The position numbers and the translations under genes were made by a program. 64,000 nucleotides of DNA, taken from the NCBI GenBank assembly GCA_038146885.1, contig JAYQSM010000015.1:288660-352659 (forward strand). Reading direction: 5' to 3'. Position 1 is the stretch's first letter. The number at the start of each line of letters is the position of its first letter. Below, piece after piece: positions 20,620-32,873 of the stretch. This stretch comes from Rhodospirillaceae bacterium (GTDB taxonomy: Bacteria > Pseudomonadota > Alphaproteobacteria > MPNO01 > UBA2964). The notes under the pieces are model-generated. The model ran no database searches and was not told the origin of the DNA. It was given only the letters and a program-made list of their open reading frames with translations.

Positions 20620-22023
20620 CTAGCCAGCTTTTTTCTTGGTCATCGAGCTCACATAATCCTGAACAACAAAGATATCGTTAGCCAGTCTCACGTAGTGCTC
20701 TTCCGCCTCCAAAATATGTGTGAGCCGCTCTGGCAATTCAGGTTCCTTACGAACAGCCACCCCTATCGCGTCTGGAAATTTAGCCGGATGAGCAGTGGAC
20801 ACCGCAACAGTAGTGATTTCTGAGGAAAAACCAGTTTCATACGCCGCATGAATTCCCGTAGCTGTATGCGGGTCAACCAGGATCCCGCTAGTCTCCCAGA
20901 CTTCTCGAACAACCTTTAACGTGCTGTCATCAGAAACCGCCGCCGCCTTAAAGGTGGACTTCGCCTTTGACAGAACATCGGGGGGATATTTCATTGTCCC
21001 TGTTTCTCGAAAAGACTCCATCGCCTCGCGGACGGCCTTGGCGTCTTGAGCAGTCAAATCAAATAGCAACCTCTCAAAATTGCTCGAAACCTGGATGTCC
21101 ATCGCCGGACTGAGAGTAGACATGACTTCCCGCGCCGACATGTCTCCATGCTCAAAAAAGCGATGCAGAATATCATTTGCATTTGTCCCAACAATCAAAC
21201 TCTCTATGGGGAGACCCATTTTCTTGGCAGCGTAACCCGCAAAAATATCCCCGAAATTTCCTGTTGGAACACTATAAGCAAATTGACGATCAGGAGCTCC
21301 AAGGGCAACCGCACTCGAAAAATAATATACGATCTGAGCCATGATCCGTACCCAATTGATTGAGTTCACCGCTGAAAGATTCAAGTCCTCTCTGAATTGG
21401 GCATCCGAGAACATTGCCTTCACCAAGTCTTGGCAATCATCAAATGTTCCTTCGATTGCGATATTGTGCACATTTGGCGAGGCCACAGTGGTCATCTGTC
21501 GACGCTGTATTTCTGAAGTTCTTTCAAAGGGATGTAAAATAAAAATATCTATAGTATCCCTGTCTTTACAGGCTTCTATTGCAGCGGAGCCGGTGTCACC
21601 GGATGTCGCTCCCACTATGGTGACGTGTTCTTTCCTACGAGACAGAATCTCTTGAAATAAATGCCCCAAGAACTGGAGGGCAAAATCTTTGAAAGCCAGG
21701 GTGGGCCCATGGAACAGTTCCAGTAACCAAAAGTTCGAATCCAACTGCCTCAAGGGCGCGACTGCCGGGTGCTTGAAATTAGAGTAAGCCATAGCCACAA
21801 GTCGCTTAAGTATCTCTGGGGAAACAACATCACCAATAAAAGGACGGAAAATATATTCTGCGATCTCAGGGTACGTAAGGCCTTTGAGAGAGGCGATTTC
21901 CTCTCTAGAAATGGCAGGCCAATGACTAGGGACATATAGTCCTCCGTCTGGCGCGAGTCCGGCAAGTAAAACCCCTTCAAAATCGAGCACGGGTGCTTTA
22001 CCTCGGGTACTAATATATTCCAA
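20620..22023 (-). CDS. thrC: threonine synthase
   Basis: 467 aa. PLP-fold with a long-form ThrC N-terminal domain. Motifs FHGPTLAFKD and GATSGDTGSAA are present. Confidence 0.85.
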   Translation of the reverse strand: MEYISTRGKAPVLDFEGVLLAGLAPDGGLYVPSHWPAISREEIASLKGLTYPEIAEYIFRPFIGDVVSPEILKRLVAMAYSNFKHPAVAPLRQLDSNFWLLELFHGPTLAFKDFALQFLGHLFQEILSRRKEHVTIVGATSGDTGSAAIEACKDRDTIDIFILHPFERTSEIQRRQMTTVASPNVHNIAIEGTFDDCQDLVKAMFSDAQFREDLNLSAVNSINWVRIMAQIVYYFSSAVALGAPDRQFAYSVPTGNFGDIFAGYAAKKMGLPIESLIVGTNANDILHRFFEHGDMSAREVMSTLSPAMDIQVSSNFERLLFDLTAQDAKAVREAMESFRETGTMKYPPDVLSKAKSTFKAAAVSDDSTLKVVREVWETSGILVDPHTATGIHAAYETGFSSEITTVAVSTAHPAKFPDAIGVAVRKEPELPERLTHILEAEEHYVRLANDIFVVQDYVSSMTKKKAG

Positions 22024-22083
22024 AAATCATGCTCCTAGATTTTCACCAAAGAGTATAAGACAAGACCAAGGGTTTATGGGGTA

Positions 22084-23577
22084 TCAAGCCAAATATCTCG
22101 ATTCTAAATGCGACCGGAATGCCTCAGTTCCAAGACCTTGTCCAGTAGCATCTTGCAAAATTTTCTCTGTTGTAGAGGAGGAGGCTCTGCCATGAATGTT
22201 CTTGGCGCACCATTTTGTGATTTCAGTAAAATTACCTGACGCAATTTTACTCCCCAAGTCAGGTATAGCCTTGTTTATTGCCTGAAAAATCTGGGCTGCC
22301 GCAAGGGCCCCCAGTGTATAGGTCGGAAAATAACCGAAAGATCCTGAGAACCAATGAATATCCTGTAAACAACCCAGTCGATCATTCGAAGGAGTTATCC
22401 CAAGTAACTCCTCCATCCCCTCGTTCCAGGCGTTCGGCAAATCCGATATAGACAAATCCCCTGACAGTAGCGATTTTTCTAGCCTGTAACGCAGGATCAC
22501 ATGAAAGGGGTATGTGATCTCATCAGCGTCGACTCGGATAAAATCTGGTCTCACCTTATGATACAGAGCCTTGAGGGTTTTACCGTCAAACCGATACCCC
22601 ATTTCTGGAAAGGACTCTCTAATTAAAGGCACAAGAAAATTAAGGAATTGTTCGCTACGACAAAGCTGCATTTCAACCAGTAACGACTGACTCTCATGAA
22701 GCGCCATACCCCGCGCTTGTCCCACCGGTTGCGACCTCCACTCCGTAGGCAAATGTGATTCATACAATGCATGGCCGGTTTCATGCAGTACCCCCATCAA
22801 ACTCTCAAAAAAATTATTTTCCGAATAGCGGGTCGTGATCCTAATGTCATCGGGAACTCCACCACAAAATGGATGCAAACTTACATCCAAGCGGCCACGG
22901 CTAAAATCAAATCCCAAACTCCGCATTAATCTCTCTGCCAGTATCTTCTGGGCTTCAATTGGGAAGGGTCCCTCTGGCTCTGTAAGCCTCCCTCTCTTTT
23001 CCTGCTGAGATAAGGCTTTATCTAATAAAGCAGGAAGAAAAGTTAAGAGTTGATCGAATAGTCGATCAAAGACCTCAACTTTCGACGATGGCTCAAATTC
23101 ATCCATCAACGCCTCATAGGGTGTGCAATCTAGCACGGAACCAAGGGCAGAAGCTTTTTCACGGATCAATGAAAGAAGAAGGTCAAGCTTCGAAGCAACC
23201 ATAGAAAAATCACTTGCGGGGCGAGCCTCCCTCCAGCTCATCTCACACTCTGCAGCTAATCTGGTTAAAGTTGAGACCAGGTCTGATGTTAAGGCTGTTG
23301 CACGCACCTGAAGTCGACGCATCTCTGCAAGATTTGCTCGATCCCAAGGAGCTTCAGGGGGATCGCTTTCAGCAGCGATTAATAGATCCTCAAATTCCGA
23401 GCTATTCAAAATTTCATGAACCACTAGATTCAATTCCGAGATTTGTTCGGTTCGGCCTCTAGCTGATCCAGATGGCATCATAACCGCCATATCCCAATGC
23501 AAAATCGCCTGAGCCTCACGGAGGGCGCCAATACGTTTAAAAGATTGTTTGAGAGCTAAGTAGGGTTCTCGAGCCAT
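22084..23577 (-). CDS. carboxypeptidase Taq (M32 metallocarboxypeptidase)
   Basis: 497 aa. HEXXH motif (HETGHALYE) and DIHWFSGSFGYFPTYTLG, typical of M32. Confidence 0.85.
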   Translation of the reverse strand: MAREPYLALKQSFKRIGALREAQAILHWDMAVMMPSGSARGRTEQISELNLVVHEILNSSEFEDLLIAAESDPPEAPWDRANLAEMRRLQVRATALTSDLVSTLTRLAAECEMSWREARPASDFSMVASKLDLLLSLIREKASALGSVLDCTPYEALMDEFEPSSKVEVFDRLFDQLLTFLPALLDKALSQQEKRGRLTEPEGPFPIEAQKILAERLMRSLGFDFSRGRLDVSLHPFCGGVPDDIRITTRYSENNFFESLMGVLHETGHALYESHLPTEWRSQPVGQARGMALHESQSLLVEMQLCRSEQFLNFLVPLIRESFPEMGYRFDGKTLKALYHKVRPDFIRVDADEITYPFHVILRYRLEKSLLSGDLSISDLPNAWNEGMEELLGITPSNDRLGCLQDIHWFSGSFGYFPTYTLGALAAAQIFQAINKAIPDLGSKIASGNFTEITKWCAKNIHGRASSSTTEKILQDATGQGLGTEAFRSHLESRYLA

Positions 23578-23686
23578 AAAAGGACCATTTAGTTCGGTTT
23601 GATTTTTTTTAACGCGACTATCGCCGATTCACAAATGTATGCTTCAATAACACTTCCCTGGTAGCAAAGCGACTAGAGTTCGTAAG

Positions 23687-24871
23687 ATGGCAACGCCTAT
23701 CCGGCCTAAAGACGGTCATATTTTCCTCGATCCGGAAGGATCTCCGGACAGATGGCCTACCAACAACACAGAGATTAACCGATGGACCGATAAGTACTTT
23801 GTCCTTACAAAACAAGCTGTTCAACAGTTTGGCGACTCAAAAGTTACTTACGCCATTTTTATGCGAAGACCCGTTGTATCCGCCCCCAGACTAGCAGTTC
23901 AATGGCTGAAAAACATAGCCCATTATCGGAAAACTGATTTTGAAATTGATTTACGGTATCCGGAGGGGGAATGGGTTGGAGCCGGTGAACCGATAATGTA
24001 TGTCTCTGGCCTTTTCTCTGAACTGGTCGACCTCGAAACATTAGTCCTTCAAAAACTTGGGCCGGCATGTGTGGCTGCTTACAACGCCTATACTATGTGC
24101 TCGGATCTCCCCGGCACAGCCTTCCTTGCCATGGATGCCCGACATTGTGCCGGATCCGGAATGGCAGAAATGATGGCATACGCGGCTTCTGTTGGTTCAG
24201 AGAAAGCTAAGAAAAAAATTGGTGCCGTTGGCTTTGTTGGTAATGCGACCGATGCGACCGCACACTATTTCAATCAGTCACAGGGTCTAGGAACCATGCC
24301 CCACGCATTTGTTGGTTATGCGGGAAGCACTGTCCGAGCCGCAGAAATTTTTGATCAATCTTTTCCAAATGCTCCAATGACGGTGCTGGTTGATTATTTT
24401 GCTCAAGAAATTTCTGACTCATTACAAGTAGCCAAACGATTTCCAGAGAGGGTCAAAGCTGGTACCTTATCTGTGCGAATGGATACCCCCGGGAGTCGGT
24501 ATGTTGAGAAGCTTGACCCAACCGTATCCTACGCCGTTCTTGAAAAGCATGTGCCAGAGGTTGTTCGAGGATACCGGGTAGATAGTGAACTCTCCTATTT
24601 GGTGGGGCCCGGTGTTTCTGCGGCCTCTGTCTGGTACTTACGAGATGCACTTGATGATCATGGATTTAATAATGTGAAAATTGTGGGGTCGAGTGGTTTT
24701 AATCCGGCAAAATGCCGTCTTTTTGCGGCTGCAAATACCCCGGTAGACGTGGTTGGAACGGGAAGTTACCTACCCCAGAACTGGCCAGAGACCTATGCTA
24801 CGGCAGACATTGTCGAGTATGATGGCGATGCCAGAGTCAAAGTTGGCAGAGAATTTCTTCTTAGGAAATAG
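23687..24871 (+). CDS. nicotinate phosphoribosyltransferase family protein (short archaeal-like form)
   Basis: 394 aa. It shares the NAPRTase-family pattern (GTMPHAFV, SVRMDTPG). Confidence 0.6.
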   Translation: MATPIRPKDGHIFLDPEGSPDRWPTNNTEINRWTDKYFVLTKQAVQQFGDSKVTYAIFMRRPVVSAPRLAVQWLKNIAHYRKTDFEIDLRYPEGEWVGAGEPIMYVSGLFSELVDLETLVLQKLGPACVAAYNAYTMCSDLPGTAFLAMDARHCAGSGMAEMMAYAASVGSEKAKKKIGAVGFVGNATDATAHYFNQSQGLGTMPHAFVGYAGSTVRAAEIFDQSFPNAPMTVLVDYFAQEISDSLQVAKRFPERVKAGTLSVRMDTPGSRYVEKLDPTVSYAVLEKHVPEVVRGYRVDSELSYLVGPGVSAASVWYLRDALDDHGFNNVKIVGSSGFNPAKCRLFAAANTPVDVVGTGSYLPQNWPETYATADIVEYDGDARVKVGREFLLRK

Positions 24872-24876
24872 ACTGC

Positions 24877-25533
24877 TTATTTTTTTATCCAAAACAATAT
24901 GCCCATAACTGAAGCAACTAAGGCGAATGCATACCAGGTCAAAGCATACTGGAGATGATTATTGGCAGGCAGATCTGGTTTCCCAAGCGAGAGCAAACCC
25001 GATCCCGGCGGCGACTGAACCAGATCCACCCAATATCTTTCCACCTTCCCGAAACCGCGTGATTTACCAAATTGTTCGGGATCAACCCGAAACCATTGTT
25101 CTTTGAGAGGCTCATTTTCAGGGGAAAAGAAACCCAGTGGCCTTGGCAAACGTGCGAAACCACTCAAATTCAATACCTTCCCTTCAAGAGACCCTTTGAG
25201 TTCTTTTTTTTTCGTCGCACCTAGATTAACGAACAAAACACCACCTGTATCCAAATCGAGTGCAGATACGACATGCCAGACAATCTGACCTGAACGACTA
25301 AAGGGACCGACCAAAATTGGAGCCATTTGAAGCCAACGACCGGAAACCCGAAGCGGCTGCCACTCTCTAATAAAGGGGTTAGGAACAGTTGAGACAGAAT
25401 CGTAACTGGCTCTCATCTCGGCGATGAGAGTTTCTTTCCATTTGAGACGTTGGAGTTGCCAGGTCCCTAACCCCGCCAATACGACAACACAAAAAAGGCA
25501 AAGAAGGGCAAATCCTAACCGCCTACCTCTCAT
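24877..25533 (-). CDS. SURF1 family cytochrome oxidase assembly protein
   Basis: Start taken at the internal Met (MRGRRLGFALLCLF...). Two transmembrane helices flank a periplasmic domain. It lies downstream of the cox genes. Confidence 0.75.
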   Translation of the reverse strand: MRGRRLGFALLCLFCVVVLAGLGTWQLQRLKWKETLIAEMRASYDSVSTVPNPFIREWQPLRVSGRWLQMAPILVGPFSRSGQIVWHVVSALDLDTGGVLFVNLGATKKKELKGSLEGKVLNLSGFARLPRPLGFFSPENEPLKEQWFRVDPEQFGKSRGFGKVERYWVDLVQSPPGSGLLSLGKPDLPANNHLQYALTWYAFALVASVMGILFWIKK

Positions 25534-25897
25534 CGGATTTCTGTATATTTTTAAAATGCAAGGCAACCAGTATTCCCTTGACTGGGCGCAGCAGAACCAT
25601 CGCCAGAAAACCAATAATCGGTGGCCACAACAATAAATGCACCCACACTGCAGGAGCTGCAGAAACCTCGAACCAAAACACTAAAGGGATTAAAACAAAA
25701 CCGAGAATAAAAATCACAAATACGGCGGCTCCATCCCCTGTTTCATTGCCTGGTAGGGCAAGTCCACAGTGGGGACAGCTCTCGTTTACCCTCAAAACCC
25801 CTCTATAAAGGGCCCCTACTCCGCATCTCGGACATTTACATGCAGCCCCGACTTTAAAAGGCGACAGAACGGGCCACATCGGATCCGATGTTGTCAT
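25523..25897 (-). CDS. DUF983 domain protein (zinc-ribbon membrane protein associated with cox loci)
   Basis: CPRCG...CPHCG zinc ribbon followed by two transmembrane helices. This is the typical alphaproteobacterial position, between ctaE and SURF1. Confidence 0.65.
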   Translation of the reverse strand: MTTSDPMWPVLSPFKVGAACKCPRCGVGALYRGVLRVNESCPHCGLALPGNETGDGAAVFVIFILGFVLIPLVFWFEVSAAPAVWVHLLLWPPIIGFLAMVLLRPVKGILVALHFKNIQKSDER

Positions 25898-25920
25898 TGA
25901 AAGATTAAAATTCGCCAGGA

Positions 25921-26781
25921 TTAGTGCGCGACCCCTGCACCTGCTCCCCACCAATAGATGGCAACGAAAAGGAATAACCAGACCACATCAACAAAATGCC
26001 AGTACCAAGCGGCCGCTTCAAACCCAAAATGGTGATCAGGTTTGAAATGATCGCTTTTTGCCCGGAAAAAGCAAACGATGAGGAAAGTGGTTCCAACAAT
26101 CACATGAAAACCATGAAAACCTGTCGCCATATAAAAGGTTGTTGGATAAATACCTCCCTTACCTGCAACCCCCTCTTCAAACGCAAAACTGAAAGCCGCA
26201 TGACTATACTCGTATGCCTGCACACCAGTAAAAATAAGTCCTAAGGCAATTGTAAGGCCCAGACCCTGCAAGAGATGCTTTTTATTTCCCTCAATAAGAG
26301 CGTGGTGTGCCCAGGTTACAGTGACACCTGATGTCAAAAGGATCAGCGTATTCAAAAAGGGTAAGTCCCACGGATTGAACGTTAAGATCCCTGGAGGTGG
26401 CCAGGTCCCTTTGATTTGTTCCGGGGGGAAGAAAGCCGCATTAAAATAGGCCCAAAACCAGGCGACAAAAAACATGACTTCGGAGGCTATGAAAAGAACC
26501 ATCCCATATCTCATACTTATCTGAACTGGCCGAGTGTGATAGCCCTGATGTGTTGCCTCCTTGACGACATCAGCAAACCAACCTGCCATGACGCCGAGAA
26601 CACCCAGAAGACCGAGTGTCATAACCCAGGCGTTACCGCCATGCATATAGACCACAGCGCCTACAGCAAGAACCCCGCCCGAGAGTGCACCCAAAATTGG
26701 CCAAGCACTCGGATCCACTAAATGCCATGGATGCTTGTGTTCAACACTGTGTGCATTCGAACTATCAGCTGGTGCGACCAT
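25921..26781 (-). CDS. ctaE: cytochrome c oxidase subunit III
   Basis: 286 aa. Seven-helix Cox3 with conserved FHGFHVIVGT. Confidence 0.9.
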   Translation of the reverse strand: MVAPADSSNAHSVEHKHPWHLVDPSAWPILGALSGGVLAVGAVVYMHGGNAWVMTLGLLGVLGVMAGWFADVVKEATHQGYHTRPVQISMRYGMVLFIASEVMFFVAWFWAYFNAAFFPPEQIKGTWPPPGILTFNPWDLPFLNTLILLTSGVTVTWAHHALIEGNKKHLLQGLGLTIALGLIFTGVQAYEYSHAAFSFAFEEGVAGKGGIYPTTFYMATGFHGFHVIVGTTFLIVCFFRAKSDHFKPDHHFGFEAAAWYWHFVDVVWLFLFVAIYWWGAGAGVAH

Positions 26782-26807
26782 CTCTTCTGTCCCTGTCCTA
26801 AATTTCC

Positions 26808-27413
26808 CTAGTTTATCTTAGATTGCCTGGACGTATCAGTCACGCCGTCCGCCTGTGCAGTTTGTCCCGCCCTACCCTGATTTTCTCTCGCCGAACGAAA
26901 AAAAGTATAGGAAAGTGTAATCGTATCAATTTCCGACAAATTTTTATCCAATGCCAACTCGGGATCGATATAGAACTGGACCGGCATATCAATACTTTCT
27001 CCCGGTTTTAATACTTGTTCCGAGAAACAAAAACACTCCATTTTAACGAAATAGACTCCTGCCTTAGCCGGAGTCACGTTAAAGGATGCAGTGCCTGATA
27101 CAGGCTCTGAGGCAAGGGATTGGGCATGATAAAATGCAAGGCCCTTTTCCCCAACTTTCAAAGTAATTTCCTTTTGTAAAGGACTAAATTTCCAATCAAG
27201 CTCCGGATTGACATCGGCATTAAACCGAACTGTTATTTTTCGATCTATAACACGATCAGACCCCGATGAAGCCCGCTGCGTTGTCCCTCCATATCCCGTA
27301 AAATCGCAAAAAAGCCGATAAAGGGTTGGCGAATAACTTGTCAGACCGGCCATAACCCCGATGATCAGGACAAGACCAAGCACCGTGGTGCCCTTGGAAG
27401 TCCTCGGCTTCAT
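26808..27413 (-). CDS. ctaG: cytochrome c oxidase assembly protein CtaG/Cox11
   Basis: CFCF copper-binding motif (KMECFCFSEQVLKPGE). The start is taken at the internal Met. Confidence 0.85.
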   Translation of the reverse strand: MKPRTSKGTTVLGLVLIIGVMAGLTSYSPTLYRLFCDFTGYGGTTQRASSGSDRVIDRKITVRFNADVNPELDWKFSPLQKEITLKVGEKGLAFYHAQSLASEPVSGTASFNVTPAKAGVYFVKMECFCFSEQVLKPGESIDMPVQFYIDPELALDKNLSEIDTITLSYTFFRSARENQGRAGQTAQADGVTDTSRQSKIN

Positions 27414-27544
27414 TTTATGATACCCCTGCGATTTTGGTGATAGTAATTCCGTAGAACAACCCAACCAATGAAAGGAGAACTATTAGGAGCGCAATATTGC
27501 GATTGCGCCGCCGCCGGTCTTGCTGCTCCGTTAGTTTCATCCTC

Positions 27545-28480
27545 TCAACCGCCATTCAGAGCCGACGCAATAACGGCCTTATCAACAATCAAAGCCGCAA
27601 AAACGACAAATAAGTAAATAAGGGAAAACTTAAACGTACTTTCAGCAGCGTCGTCAGTTTTAAACCTGACAATGCGAACGGCCAGATAAGCGAAAAAAAT
27701 CCCCATTACGAATGCAACAAACCCGTAGGCCCAACTTGCCATCCCAACGAATGTGGGAGCCACCCCAAGTGGGGCAAGGATCAGGGCGTAAATAACTATC
27801 TGTCGACGAGTTTCCTTACCACCAGACACAACTGGCAGCATTGGAACTCCTGCCCTTTCATAATCACCGCATCGGTACAGGGACAAAGCCCAAAAATGGG
27901 GGGGCGTCCACATAAAAATAATCGCGAATAAAATCAACGATTGAAGAGAAATATCACCGGTGACAGCAGTCCAACCCACCATTGGCGGGAATGCGCCCGC
28001 GGCGCCGCCAATGACGATATTTTGAGGAGTCCGACGTTTCAACCAAATTGTGTAAACGAAAATATAAAATATTATTGTAAAAGCGAGCAAAACAGCCGCT
28101 TGCCAGTTGATACAAAGCGCCATTACCGCGACCGCCCCTACTGCAAGCGTATTTCCAAAGGCCAGGGCTGCGCCTGGCTTTAACCGGCCGGCCGGAATGG
28201 GACGTCCTTGGGTCCTAGTCATGATTGAATCGATATCTCGATCGTACCACATATTAATAGCGCCTGACGCACCTGCGGCCACGGCAATACATAATACCGA
28301 TATAAACCCCAGGAAGGGGTGGATCGAACCGGGGGCCATATAGAGCCCCACGAATCCGGTAAAAACGACGAGGGACATCACCCGTGGTTTCAGTAAGGCG
28401 ATATAGTCCGAAACAGATCCACCGTCGCAATATGCTGCGCTAGCACCAGCATAGTCGAATTGTACAGGGCTCTCGCTCAC
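27545..28480 (-). CDS. ctaB: heme o synthase (protoheme IX farnesyltransferase)
   Basis: 311 aa UbiA-superfamily membrane prenyltransferase located inside the cox cluster. It carries a CyoE-like motif (MTRTQGRPIPAGRL). Confidence 0.85.
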   Translation of the reverse strand: MSESPVQFDYAGASAAYCDGGSVSDYIALLKPRVMSLVVFTGFVGLYMAPGSIHPFLGFISVLCIAVAAGASGAINMWYDRDIDSIMTRTQGRPIPAGRLKPGAALAFGNTLAVGAVAVMALCINWQAAVLLAFTIIFYIFVYTIWLKRRTPQNIVIGGAAGAFPPMVGWTAVTGDISLQSLILFAIIFMWTPPHFWALSLYRCGDYERAGVPMLPVVSGGKETRRQIVIYALILAPLGVAPTFVGMASWAYGFVAFVMGIFFAYLAVRIVRFKTDDAAESTFKFSLIYLFVVFAALIVDKAVIASALNGG

Positions 28481-28515
28481 GTTTATTCCACCTAAAGCCT
28501 AGATTTGGATATTGA

Positions 28516-30999
<2,484 letters not shown>

Positions 31000-31314
31000 T
31001 AGTTTGAAAACTGCATCGCTCTAAAACACCCGATAAAACATAGTTAAAGGTCAAAAATTATTGTACTTTTGTCCGGAAAGTATACCACCGGTCCGATGTC
31101 CACAACCCGCACTTTTCAGTCCAAACGTCCACAGTTTAGTCCGTCTCCGTCCCTATCGCACACTGTAAACGAAAGTAGCGACTGTATGTCGCAGCAACCC
31201 CTTATTGCTCTTCTTTAGTCCTCCGAGCCGCCGCATCGGTGACGTTTTACTTTTTTGTTTTACACGGGTGACGAATAAAAAAAACAACCTCATACTGAGA
31301 GGAAGTTTTAAAAG

Positions 31315-32757
31315 GTGAGTAAAGTGACAGACTTGGGGGCCACTGAGGCATTGTTTTTTGAGAGGACGGGTCTCGATCGTGGCCGTATTGAGAGTTTGGT
31401 CAATGAAACTCTTCATGGTCTAGACGACGGTGAATTATTTTTGGAGTACAGGCAAAGTGAAAGCTTGGCATTTGATGATGGCAGGCTTCGCAATGCTTCA
31501 TTCGATTCTACTCAAGGGTTTGGTTTAAGGGCCGTTTTGGGGGAAACCTCTGTCTATGCTCATTCAACCGAATTCTCAGAAGATTCGATAAAGCGGGCTT
31601 CTAAAACAGTCGGAGCGGTTCGAGGTGGTTTTCAAGGCCATACGTCCCTGCCCCCGTCCTCCACAAATGCCGATCTGTATACAAGCGCAAACCCGCTCGA
31701 AGATCTTCCCTTCGAAAGTAAGGTAGCGCTGCTCGCCGAGATTGATCGTTATACCCGATCACTCGACCCGAAAATTAAGCAGGTAACGGCCGTACTCTCG
31801 GGAGAATGGCAAGCAATTGAGATCCTGAGGAAAGACGGAATTCGAGCCGCGGACATTCGGCCTTTAGTCCGACTGAATATTTCAGTAGTCATTGCTGATG
31901 GGGATCGGATGGAAACAGGTGGCCAAGGAGTGGGAGGCAGAGTTAATTACACCGATTTCATCAAACCCGAGTCATGGCAGAAACAAGCGCGAGAAGCGTT
32001 GAGACTTGCTCAGGTGAATTTAGAGTCAGTTGAGGCCCCGGCCGGTGAAATGGATGTTGTACTGGGTCCCGGATGGCCTGGGGTACTCCTGCATGAGGCC
32101 ATCGGACATGGTTTAGAGGGTGACTTCAATCGCAAAAAAACGTCAGCGTTTTCTGGACTGATGGGTCAGCGGGTAGCCGCACGAGGAGTAACTGTCGTCG
32201 ATGAAGGAAATATCGCCGATCGACGTGGCTCACTGACCATAGATGACGAAGGCACCCCAACCGGTCGTACCGTTTTGATTGAGGATGGCATTTTAAAGGC
32301 CTACATGCAGGATCGTCAAAATGCCAGATTGATGGGGACAAAACCAACGGGAAACGGAAGAAGGGAGAGTTTTGCTTGCGCACCCATGCCCCGAATGACC
32401 AACACGTATATGGTCGCAGGCGACAGAGAACCGGAAGAAATCTTATCCTCTGTATCTAAAGGTTTATATGCGGTGAATTTTGGCGGTGGCCAGGTCGATA
32501 TAACATCCGGAAAATTTGTTTTTAGTGCTTCAGAGGCATACCTTGTTGAGAATGGGAAAATAGGGGCCCCGGTCAAAGGGGCGACCTTGATTGGTAATGG
32601 ACCCGACGTGCTCACGAGAGTGTCAATGATAGGCAATGACTTGGAACTGGACCCCGGAGTAGGGACGTGCGGTAAAGATGGCCAAGGTGTTCCTGTTGGG
32701 GTAGGGCAGCCGACCCTCCTTGTCACAGATCTGACTGTCGGTGGGACTGCATCGTAA
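31315..32757 (+). CDS. tldD: metalloprotease TldD
   Basis: 480 aa of the U62 family, with HEAIGHGLEGDF. GTG start. Confidence 0.85.
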   Translation: MSKVTDLGATEALFFERTGLDRGRIESLVNETLHGLDDGELFLEYRQSESLAFDDGRLRNASFDSTQGFGLRAVLGETSVYAHSTEFSEDSIKRASKTVGAVRGGFQGHTSLPPSSTNADLYTSANPLEDLPFESKVALLAEIDRYTRSLDPKIKQVTAVLSGEWQAIEILRKDGIRAADIRPLVRLNISVVIADGDRMETGGQGVGGRVNYTDFIKPESWQKQAREALRLAQVNLESVEAPAGEMDVVLGPGWPGVLLHEAIGHGLEGDFNRKKTSAFSGLMGQRVAARGVTVVDEGNIADRRGSLTIDDEGTPTGRTVLIEDGILKAYMQDRQNARLMGTKPTGNGRRESFACAPMPRMTNTYMVAGDREPEEILSSVSKGLYAVNFGGGQVDITSGKFVFSASEAYLVENGKIGAPVKGATLIGNGPDVLTRVSMIGNDLELDPGVGTCGKDGQGVPVGVGQPTLLVTDLTVGGTAS

Positions 32758-32873
32758 ACCCGCTTCCAAGATCTAATATCTGAGGACTTTTCAGGATGAG
32801 ATCCTTTGTTCGGAAGTTTTTGCTAGATAGCGCGGGAACACAGTAATCGATTGATCCCGTGTTCCACTCTGCT

